64,000 nt of DNA from Octopus sinensis (lineage: Eukaryota): contig NC_042997.1 in assembly GCF_006345805.1 (NCBI RefSeq), positions 53,010,001-53,074,000 of the forward strand, read 5' to 3'. Each line of letters begins with the position of its first letter. Within the stretch, counting starts at the first letter, position 1. Below, piece after piece: positions 53,104-64,000 of this stretch. The notes below the pieces were generated by a model. It worked only from the letters and a program-made list of their open reading frames with translations. It did not search any database and was not told where the DNA came from. The position numbers and the translations under genes are program-made.

Positions 53104-53484
53104 AACATCGCTGTCTTCGTCTGCCGATAAAGGCATTTTTTCCAAATACGCCAGCTAAACTTGTTGTACTGTTTATTAGTCGTAAGACACCCGCTGTTTT
53201 TGTCCTGTTTTTACCATTATTGTTTTTTGTATTTATATTTGTGTGGCATCATCCGTTTTTCTGTCCCTGTTTCATATACATTCGATCGTTCTTCCAAGAA
53301 TCTAATGCTGGTAGCTTAGTTTTTCCTTGGGGCTGGCCGGATCGGAGCGATCTCAAGATTAATCAGCCGAAATTGCTAGGATGATCCGGTTCTTGACTGA
53401 AGATTGAAGGCTTTGAATGTCCCATCCGTGTTTTTTGTATCGTCTTCTAAATGTTTTACGTTCTTGTCCCAGTTTGTATTTTTC

Positions 53485-53532
<48 letters not shown>

Positions 53533-55320
53533 TTATTTATTTACACACACATACATACACACACAATGGGCTTCTTTCAGTTTCTGTCTTCCAAATCCAC
53601 TCACAAGTCTTTGGTTGGCCCAAGGCTGTAGTAGAAGACACTTGCCCAAGATTTCACAGTGGGATTGAACCTGGAACCACATGGCTGGAAAGCAAGCTTC
53701 TTAACACACAATCACACCTATGCATACATATATACATACATATATATATATACATATATAAAATGTATTTCTTCAGTCAGATGGCCTTCCTGTCTCTGAC
53801 CTTCACCTGTTTCCAAGCAAGTTGATATTTCCCCATTGCATGTGTATGTGTTAGTATATAACCTAGGCTTGATATCAAGACAAGAATACTAGTGATGTTT
53901 TTCATTTCCAGTCTTCCATGGAAAGCATTTTCCAGCAATGGAAAAAATTACCTTGCTTGGAAACAGGTGACTGTTGAAGACAGGAAGACCTTCTGACTAA
54001 AGAAATTCCATCTGACCCATGCAACTATGGAAAAGTGGATGTTAAATGATGATAATGATGATGATTCTGCCACCACTACCTTCTTCTTCATCATCATCAT
54101 TATCCTCATTGCTTTAATATCTGCTTTCCTATACTAGAATAAGTTAGGCAAAACTTATTGAAACAATTGTTCAATGGCTGAGTACCCCTTGCCTGAATTT
54201 GGAAATTGTTATATTATTATGCATCAGATTGGATTAGAAAATTTTGACCTGTGATAGCCTGGCATCCTATCTGAGAAGAGGTTTGTTTAATTTTTGTGTC
54301 ATCACATGAACTAGAATTCAGTAGCGGCTTGGTGTTTTGTGTTATGTTTGGAATTATTGTATTTCTACTAAAAATATTCACTGCTTATGAATGAAAGCTA
54401 GGAGGGCTAATGATATTTGTGAAAATGAGCTGAGTATAAATATTCACTCTTCTCTTCAGTATGCACACATGCATGCAGAGAGAGAGAGAGAGAATAAGTA
54501 AAATCATCACTAACAGCAATAGCAACAATTTTATCTTTTTGATGTACTCACTGCAATAGTAATAAGAATATAATGCTTATAGTACAGAATGTTTATTTTT
54601 GATAAGTCAATAAAAATATGTTTGTTGGTGTGCTAATATTTATGCATGTGGCTAGCTTTGAACACCAGATGGTGAATTATTATTAGAGTGTAGTACAGTT
54701 TGCTTTTACTCGGAAGCATATGTTTTATTAGCAACCTCAAGTTTTGTCAGTTGCAGAATTCTATGTGTGTTTCATGGCTTATTCATATTATTATTATTAT
54801 CCATTTCATCAAAAACCATGCCAAAACAGACACAGAAGCATGGTGCAGGCTCCTGCCTGCCCAGCTTCTGTCAAACTGTCCAACCCATGCCAGCATGGAA
54901 GGGAGGATGTTAAGTGATAATGATGACCACCACTGACTATGTTTTTACATCTGCTTTTTTCTTTCTATGTCATCATTGGATGAAATAAAATTGTCATGCA
55001 TAATGACATTTTTATATTTTGCTTAACCCTATCACAGAAATCATTATAAGCTCCATATTCTTTATAACAACAATCTCTATTACCTTGTAATTATAGAGTT
55101 GAGGCATTTTTGTCACATTCTAACTACCAATGCAATAAATTACTTTTGCTACTCCAAGACAAAAGGTTTTTTTCTTATATGTATAGCACAGGTCCTGTTT
55201 ACATGATCTCATTTTTCAAATGGTAATTAAACTACTTGTACACTATAGACAAATTTGTTGCAGAATATTTTAAAATCAAATTGGAAGAATCTAATCTAAT
55301 GAATAATTATAAATACTTGT

Positions 55321-55697
55321 AGGGGTAGGCATGGCTGTAGGGTGAAAAAACTTGCTTTGTAACTACATGGTTTTGGGTTCAGTCCCACTATGCAGCACCT
55401 TGGGCAAGTGTCTTCTGTCATAGCCCCAGGCTGATCAATGTTTTGTGAGTGAATTTGGTAGAAGGAAACTGTGTGGAAACCTGTTTAGTGTGTGTGCATG
55501 TGTGTTTGTTCCTCTCCTCACTGTTTGGCAACTGATGCTGGTTGGTTTACATCCCTTTAACTTCATACTTTGCAAAAGAAACTGATAGAATAAGTACCAG
55601 ACTTTAAAAATATGTACTAGGTTTAGTTGCTTCTAAACTCTTCAGGATAGTCTCCCAACATGACCACAGGCCAATGACTAACGTAAGTAAAAGATAA
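55321..55697 (+). mobile_element. SINE family A
   Basis: Colinear with 3023-3447. Confidence 0.85.
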
Positions 55698-56054
55698 ATT
55701 ACAAATATGGCATTATATATTTCTGGAGAAACAGTTATAAGAGTAGTTCTTATCTAGAAGCAAACAATATTGCATTTGTTGATCTGGAAAACAAAAGGAA
55801 AAAAAAAACCCTGTAACAAATTCTCAGAAACTGTATTTTTTGGGGTTGCTATATAGCTATGTGAGTGTATGCAGGGGAATTTAGGCAATGCACAAGGGGA
55901 CACAAACAATATTAGGATTGACAGCAATCAGTGGGAAATTTAGTGTACTGGTGAAACTGCTTTGAAACTTTGTCTTAAGTCTCTGGATTTACATATTCAG
56001 GAATTATTGTCTATAAGGCATTTAATGCACTGATGACTAGGCTGCCATTGCAGA

Positions 56055-56276
56055 TGGCAGAAACGTTAGCACGCGGGGCGAAATGCTTAGTGGTATTTCG
56101 TCTGCCACTACATTCTGAGTTCGAATTCTGCTGAGGTCAACTTTGCCTTTCATCCTTTTGGGGTCGATTAAATAAGTACCAGTTAGGCATTGGGGTTGAT
56201 ATAATCGACTTAATCCATTTGTCTGTCCTTGTTTGTCCTCTCTGTGTTTAGCCCCTTGTGTGCAGTAAAGAAATAA
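56055..56276 (+). mobile_element. SINE family B
   Basis: Matches the 36758-36990 copy. Confidence 0.9.
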
Positions 56277-56419
56277 GACTTTATCCAAAATTATCAAAAA
56301 AGGTCAAAACATGGAAACAGTCTAGAGCAAAACTGTTTTAAGATAAATGTGGTCAAGTCTAAAGTTTCAGCTAGCAGAAGAGAACAGAAAGACTTAGTGT
56401 TTCTGTTGTAATATATAGC

Positions 56420-56602
56420 CATTATTTCAATTAATTTAGAATGTAACAGAGTTTTGTAAAATTACCTTGTTATTAAAATGGTGTTTGGGACATAAAAATT
56501 AACATGAAATTTCGAGAGGTTTCAATTTTGATCACTTTAAAACAGAGTTTGTATCATTGAAATAAAGATGGTTTTGAACAGGTTGGTATCAAAAGGATTA
56601 AA
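56420..56602. mobile_element. piggyBac-type MITE P1, partial
   Basis: Ends GGTTGGTATCAAAAGGATTAA; homologous to the reverse complement of 62569-62797. Confidence 0.65.
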
Positions 56603-56686
56603 AAACATGACTTTAGCTCTCCCTGTGTATGTGTATTTGCATGTACATACATGCTTGTGAGTGTACACACATACACACACATATAT

Positions 56687-56724
<38 letters not shown>

Positions 56725-56727
<3 letters not shown>

Positions 56728-56927
56728 TTTATTCTTTTATTTATTTCAGTCATTTGACTGCAGCCATACTGGGGCACCACCTTTTTAGTCAAACAAATTG
56801 ACCCTAGGACTTATTCTTTGTAAGCCTAGTACTTATTCTCTTGGTCTCTTTTGCCGGATCGCTAAGTTACGGGGACGTAAACACAACAACATCGGTTGTC
56901 AAGAGATGAAGGCGGGGACAAACACAA

Positions 56928-56992
<65 letters not shown>

Positions 56993-57163
56993 CACATACA
57001 TGCAATGGGCTTTTTTCAGTTTCCATCTACCAAATCCACTTACAAGGCTTTGGTTGACCTGAGACTATAGTAGAAGACACTTGCCCAAGGTGCCACACTG
57101 AAATTGAACCAAGAACCTTGTTGTCGGTGAGCAAGCTACTTACCACACAGTTACTCCTGCACT
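56725..57163 (-). mobile_element. SINE family A, full length, inverted
   Basis: Reverse complement of 3023-3447 with expanded internal (TA)n; flanked by (TA)n. Confidence 0.9.
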
Positions 57164-57197
57164 TATGTATATATATATATACATATATATATATATG

Positions 57198-57231
<34 letters not shown>

Positions 57232-59347
57232 TTATATATATATATATATTTAAATCTTGTGTGCATACTTGCATGCATGCATGTATGTTTAACTCATTAG
57301 TTCCACAAAGTTCAATACTTGGCTGTCTTCTAGTCTGTTTTGATAGATACTTCATGCTATTTGAACCAAAAATATCAACAGACAAGAATGATCTTTTTGC
57401 AGTCAGCTTGAACTAATATTTTGTTGAGATGAATGCCTTGGCTGATGGCTGGAAAGTGATATTTCAATATTTGAGCCAGTGAAGTTCAAAGCAATGCTTT
57501 TATCAAGAAAAGGATATCCACTGTACCTTGATTGCATCTTGGGAATTTTCATCTTTCTATGAATAATGATCAGTGAGTATCAACATTGACAGCAAGCTGG
57601 TGTGAGTATAATTTCTCCACCATCTCAAACAGAACTAAACAATTTTGCTGTTCTTTGTAAAATAACAAATGAGAAGTATATAGCAAGAATAACCACTGTC
57701 TACAAAGATCAAGTTTAAAGTCACATAAATTATGCTTGCCCATCTTGGATGAATGCTTCTTTACATAGTATCCTTAGCTAATTCAGCTTAAACCAAAAGA
57801 AAATATTCAGGATCAGTGCTTTTGATAAAGTTAATGCAGCCAAAACAAGCTCACTATTGACATGTTATATCATGGGAGATAGGGTTCATGGAATAACAGT
57901 ACTCTATAAATTTATACATAAGCTACAGCCTTGCTGTGAAAGATGTCATTGTGGATTTTCCATCAAACATACAGTGAATACAGGCCTTCTGCTCTCAACC
58001 TTGTGCATAGGAAAACAGATCCTAAAAGTTAAAATTGTAATCATCTCAACTAATAATATGTAAATATCTTTCTTGCTGTTAGAAAAATGCTGTGAATCAC
58101 AGATTAACCGTTTCTTTCCTTTATTTCTTTTTTTTTTTTTAGCAGTAAAATGTTCAGTGTAACTGTTATTTATGAATATATGTTTATGCAGAACTGTATA
58201 TACATATGATACTCCCTGGCTTGCTTTATATTCTACATACTCCTAATGAAATAATCATTACTGGTTGGATTTACTGAATTTCAACTACATAGGACTATAC
58301 ACTATACCCATCAGTATTAGTCTCTTGTGTGGTTTGTAGTCTGGTCCACTAAAGGAGCTTTTTTATGATTACCACTAGATTAGATCAATCCATATATTGT
58401 ACATTAAATTTATATGCATATATATGTATCTTTACACACACACACACACACAGTGTAATGTGTGTGTGTGCATGCATGTGTACCTGTATATCTATATAAT
58501 GCATGTTTGGCTCAGATGTAAGCATCTCACAGATATTGAGATGCTTACTTCCCAACCAGGTGCAGTCCCATCATGTGGCACCTTGGGCAAGTACTTCTAT
58601 AGCCGTGGGCCAACCAAATCCTTTCAATGGATTTGGTTCAAGAAAACTGAAAAAACACCTGCAGTATCTATCTATCTATTTATCTATCTATACACGCATG
58701 TGTGTGCATGCGCACATCCATGTTTTGACATCACAAGATAGTTGTAAACAAGCATCACCATTATACAAGCGATGTTGTTCATTTCCAGTCTTCCATAAAC
58801 CACATGTCTAGCTATAGAAAAATATTTCTGTGCTTGGAAACAACTGAAGGTTGGTGGCAAGAAGGGCATCTGGCTGTAGAAAATCTGCAAACATGGAAAA
58901 GTGTATGTTAAACCAATGATAATAATAATTATGCACATACATACGCATTTCTGTCCATACATTTATGGACAGAAATATGTACATGCCTGGTGTGTATATG
59001 TATACACATATGCATGCACACACACACATGTGTATGCATATGAATATTTTTTAAGGAACTGTAGGGGTAAAATATAAATGACACTTGAAAAGAAAATAAG
59101 AATCCCAGTTGGGAGTCAAAATTATGTCTCATATTTGATCACTTTAGTGCATTTTTTCTTTTTTTTTTTTTTTTTTCCTTTCTGTATATGTTTTCTCTCC
59201 TCATTCCTTTCTGCAGAGGAGCATAGGCTCAAAACATCAAGGACTCAGAGCATTAAACTAATACACTTTGTTTATTGTTCCCTCACCCTCATCTGTCTCT
59301 GTCTTTTGTTTTTTGGGTTGTTTTTTTTTGTTTCTTGTACAACTTTG

Positions 59348-59348
<1 letters not shown>

Positions 59349-59412
<64 letters not shown>
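59349..59412. repeat. (CA)n microsatellite
   Basis: Direct reading. Confidence 0.95.
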
Positions 59413-59414
<2 letters not shown>

Positions 59415-59752
59415 CCAGTATATTTATAAGCATTCTCAATGCAGATATGCCATCTGGATTTACATTATTTGAGAAATTATATTTTCATAACACCAGCCAA
59501 ACAATTACATTATCGAATGTATTTATTTTAATCATCCAATAAGCTTTGATTAATTAAAACTGCTTTCTGTGTGGTCCAACAGGATAGAAACAAGTCTTTA
59601 AGGTTTGAATATATTGGAAGAATTTATGGATCATAAACGAAGTTATGTAAGATACATGAAACATATATGTTATTTATTTCTTTATTTTTCAGATATTTTA
59701 TTTCTGTTATTTTATTGATATAATTTTGGTGTACATACATACAAGCACACAC

Positions 59753-59791
<39 letters not shown>

Positions 59792-60151
59792 CATACATAT
59801 AGCAAACACACTATCACACGTGTGTTTATGTATGAACTTACATATACATATGTTTCTTGTGTGTTTATATTATCTGAGTTACTTTCAACATATATCTGCA
59901 TTCTGTTATCTCTGAAGTATCTAATATAGTCATTGACAAGAGTGGTAGACATATAAGCCCCCACAAATATGTTTATTCTATCTTTTATCTGTTCTAAGAC
60001 TCTTGTTTTGTTATTTTAGTTGCATCGTACTTATCACATTCACCACTGGACACCTGCATAAACTGGACTTCAAAGAGTATTTGTACATCTGAGATGTTGA
60101 TACATAGAGTAACGCATATATATGCATACATGTGTGTATGTATATATTTGT

Positions 60152-60183
<32 letters not shown>

Positions 60184-60187
<4 letters not shown>

Positions 60188-60540
60188 GGAAATTGTAGTT
60201 GTGATACCTGTGCCGGTGGCACATAAAAAGCACCATCCGAACGTGGTCGATGCTAGTGCTGCCTTGACTGGCTTCTGTGCTGGTGACACGTAAAAAGCAC
60301 CAACTGATTGTGACCACTGCCAGCCTCCCCTGGCACCTGTGCTGGTGGCATGTAAAAAGCATCCACTACACTCAAGTAGTGGTTGGCGTTAGGAAGGGCA
60401 TCCAGCTGTAGAAACACTGCCAGATCAGGTTGGAGCCTGGGCAGCCTCCTAGCTTCCCAGACCCTGGTTGAACCATGCTAGCATGGAAAATGGATGTTAA
60501 ACAACAACGACGATGATGATGATGATGATGATGATGATGA
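60184..60540 (+). mobile_element. RTE 3'-end derived repeat with three modules and (GAT)n tail
   Basis: Same sequence as 26321-26613 and the 3' UTR of 51996-53103. Confidence 0.9.
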
Positions 60541-60689
60541 GATGGATGGATAGATGGATGGATGGTTGTTTGTTTGTTTCTTTCTTTCCTTCTTTCCTTC
60601 TTTCTTTCTTTCCTTCTTTCATTCTTTCTTTCTTTCACAGTGAATCTTTTGAAAATTGTCATGATGCCAATAAAATGAAGGAAAGTGGA

Positions 60690-61822
60690 ATCGGACATCA
60701 TAATTAACCTTAAACACTTTCACATTAGGGTATGTACTCTTCCATAGTACATACCTCATGTTGACACCTGTACATCAGACTGAACGCTGTTTTATCTCCA
60801 ACGTGAATATTGCAAGAGATATTTAAGCAAGAAACAGTTCTTTGGCTTTTGCATTTGATGACTTGCAAGTTGGATGAGAAATGTTAGGCAAGGTTTTAGA
60901 TGTAACACCCCCACCCACCAATTTTTCACATTTATAAGCAATCAATTAGTCTTTTCTTCTTTGAATTGAATTTTGTTGAGAATATCTTCAGAAAATTGAG
61001 TAATCACCAGTTATTTATTTGCTTTATTTTCACTTTTTTGTTCACTTAAAGTAACTGCCTTTCCCTAGTAGTTTTTCATGTCAGCTGGTTTATTGCACAC
61101 AAAACAGCCTTAAGAACACATTTGACCACGAATGTACATGGTTGATTATAGTTAATTAAAGTTAGAGTGATATCGATTTTTTTAGCCATTTACAAATGAG
61201 TAAAAAATACAGAAATGAATATAGTTGTTTGTGGTCTAATATTTAAATCGAAATGAGACTATTTATGAATAGCAAGCTTTATTTACATATATCTGTCATT
61301 TAAATGAGAAAATGTAGAAATGAATTGTTTAGAACGTCGGTTAATAAACAGGATGGCAGTAGAAACAGGACAAAAAGTAATGTAAACAGTTCGGTTGGAA
61401 GGCAATCTATATGAGCCTATGTCTTAAATTGATGTGAATTAGGACAAGCACATACCTCATGTTGACACCTATACACCAGACTGAACGTTGTTTTATCTCG
61501 AAAGTGATTATTGCAAGTGATATTTAAACAATTAACAGTTCTTTGGATTTTTGCATTTAACGACTGTTGCTTTAAGTATTTTATTTCAATTTTCACTGAC
61601 GTAGTGGTAAGAACAATGGGATACATAACAGTAGTTTTGAATAAAAATAAATATAGAAGTTTTAATCATCCAATGGACAGGCCATAAGGATTACAAAAAT
61701 ACGGAACGCTCCACTCTCTCATGTATCCATGTTTAAAATTTCAGCATGATTGGATGAACAATACTCGAGTTATAAGTGCACAAAAAAACAGACAGGCAGA
61801 ACAGGATTTATATATATATATC
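60690..61822 (-). mobile_element. Probable non-autonomous Helitron-like element with ~115-bp internal direct repeat
   Basis: Direct repeat 60750-60863 / 61450-61565. The right end reads ...AAATTTCAGCATGATTGG...GAGTTATAAG...ACAGACAGGCAG...TTTATATATATATA, resembling Helitron-N/DINE-type termini. Confidence 0.45.
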
Positions 61823-62568
61823 ATCATCATCATCATCATCAAGGCAGGCTTGGGGTTAGATATGACTTATTGGATGAGTATTTTCTGCTACTGAATGGTC
61901 TTCTTGTCACAAGCCCTTATTTTTCAAATAAGAGTTGGTGACTGGTTCTCACATGCTGAAACTGGCAAGGCTGCTGAACTATTGCACTTGTGTTTAATGG
62001 TCACTGTTCTTACTAAACAGCGTTAATGAAGACACATAGAATCAACCAGCAAACACACACATACACACGTATGTATACATACATTCATATATATATATAA
62101 AACATGCCAATTGATGTGTGTGTATATACTATATTAATAACATCCAGTCCAACAAATGTTTTTAGTCTGAAGACATGTCAGAGACTAAAAAGCAGTTATA
62201 TTTTTTCTTACAAATTATTTCTTGACATATCTTTGAATGAAATAAAATACTATTGCTGGGCTCATTGTTTGTAATAGAGCATATATTGATACTCAAACTT
62301 TATTCTAAGTAGTCTAACCCATATTCCTGTAAGCAGCCAATCCCAGGACATGGACACACAATTGCACTTCACTAGCATTGATTTCTCTTAAATTATTTCC
62401 ATTCCCAATTCATTTACATTGCTCAACCTATCCCAATCTCTTCTGCAGGATAGTTCTTTGATCTTTTCTAGAAACAATTTTTAACTTCACACAGCTGTCC
62501 ACAATATTTTGCTTTCAGCTGTTATCAAAATTACAAACTTCATTTGATTAATAAAATACTTCTGTTGT

Positions 62569-62797
62569 TTAACCCTTTCGTTACCAACCTGGCTGAAACC
62601 GGCTCTGGCTCTGAGTACAAATGTCTTGTTTCCATAAGTTTTGAATTAAAATCTTCTATCAAACCTTGGTCACAACTTATGTTCCTAACACTAGCTGAAT
62701 GATAAACTGAATTATTTTACTAAATTCTTTGTTATATTTAAAGTAATTGAAAGAAACTCAGAGTATCTCAAAATAAACACAGTAACGAAAGGGTTAA
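62569..62797. mobile_element. Intact piggyBac-type MITE (family P1)
   Basis: TTAA (62569-72), perfect 12-bp TIR CCCTTTCGTTAC (62573-84) / GTAACGAAAGGG (62782-93), TTAA (62794-97). Confidence 0.93.
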
Positions 62798-64000
62798 ATT
62801 GTGAATTTCATTCTTATTCTTTTTCAACATTTTACAACTTGACAGTTCTCTTCAGATTCTAAAATGTACAGATAGACACCTCAGTGGCCTTGCTACATGT
62901 TAGAAATAACAACATAATCAACAATTTCATGCTTAGCATTTTCTGAAACAAAATCATACATAGTTTTCTTAACTTCCACTTATATAGGACAAACACCAGC
63001 TGACAGACAAAACTTAACTGAGAGGGACTACTCCATCATCATCATCACATGTCAGTTTTCCCTGCTGGCATGCCTTAGATGGTTTGACATCTAAGCTGGG
63101 AGCCAGAGGATTCTACCAAACTCCAATAACTACTTTGGCATGGTTTCTGTGGCTGGATGCCCTTTGTAATGCCAACTGCTTTACAAGTGTATTGGATGCT
63201 TTTTACATGACACCACACCAGTGAGGTTACCAAGTAACTTGCAAGATAAGACACCCTCAACTGAGGAAGGTGGCTTTATGCTAGGGTGTGAGAGCTTAAA
63301 ATATGACAGAATTACAGGAATAGATGTCTTGCTGTATGGCAAGGACTATCAGTTATATCTACATTATTATGACAGTTTCATTTATGGAGGACTGCCAAGC
63401 CTAGAAATGCAGTCAATAATATTCACACTTGTTACTAAACACATACTATATAGTCAGTGTGCATCCAGATTAAGACCTGTAGAGGCCTAAAGTACTTAGA
63501 TTTTGGTGCCCCCATATGTCATTCAAACAATAATAAACCATAAAATAAATTTTTCCAGTCATATAAACCACTTTAAATATAATTTTTAGCAAGTTTAGTG
63601 ATTTCTTTTGTACCATAAGCCATTTCCCATTTTTGTGAAACCCCCTTCCCTCCATGCTTTAATGATGTGCTTATTTTGCTTAATAGTTAATCCAGCACTG
63701 CCTGTATTGGAGAGACAAACCCAATGTATTCTGTAGTGTTTATGGGAAATGTGAAAAGAAATTACTCTGAACAATTCCAAGAAACTTCTGCACAAAATGA
63801 TAATGGTTCTAAATTTAAAATATCATGTATAAAATTGGATAGTCAGTTCATATTACTGTCCATGTTACTCTTCTTCAGTGTTAAATATGGTGGTGATTGC
63901 CATATAAATATATGCACATGTTTATATAAGAAGGGGCAAATGTATGTATGGTGTTTGTTACGTGCCCACAGCACGGAGGCCAGTCGATGCGGTACTGGCT

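Noticed and set aside
53290-53380. HDV-like ribozyme suggested by GG-GCTG...CAGC-CGAA
   Set aside because: No compatible P2/P3/L3 (P1.1) pairing could be built.
56030-56070. CTGATGA...hairpin...GAAAC resembling a hammerhead
   Set aside because: Six unpaired nt separate the core from stem II, stems I/III do not form, and GAAAC belongs to the SINE B head.
61979-61992. TATTGCACTTGT matches the 5' part of miR-92
   Set aside because: The match stops after 12 nt and no precursor hairpin forms.

Overview
AT-rich eukaryotic (animal) non-coding DNA, very probably intronic or intergenic sequence from an octopus/cephalopod genome. That assignment is inferred from the SINE families and the dense (TA)n/(CA)n/(ATC)n microsatellites; no search was run. 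No intact protein-coding gene is present. Nearly all ORFs in the track are microsatellite or repeat read-throughs, and the only recognisable protein sequences are decayed transposase (mariner, Tc1) and LINE (CR1/Jockey-like, RTE, R4/Dong) fragments. The window holds at least four tRNA-type or other SINE-like families, RTE 3'-end derived repeats, piggyBac-type (TTAA) MITEs, a Tigger-like MITE and a probable non-autonomous Helitron. The most notable observation is a complete minimal type I hammerhead ribozyme (45832-45889) in a ~165-bp unit embedded between two (TA)n tracts. This is a candidate Penelope solo-pLTR or retrozyme, and it has a competing 8-bp anti-core pairing. Other items worth checking are perfect fold-back hairpins made from retroelements, a tail-to-tail inverted repeat (potential ADAR substrate), a tandem pseudoknot-like module array in an RTE 3' UTR, a possible recursive splice site and several candidate small exons.
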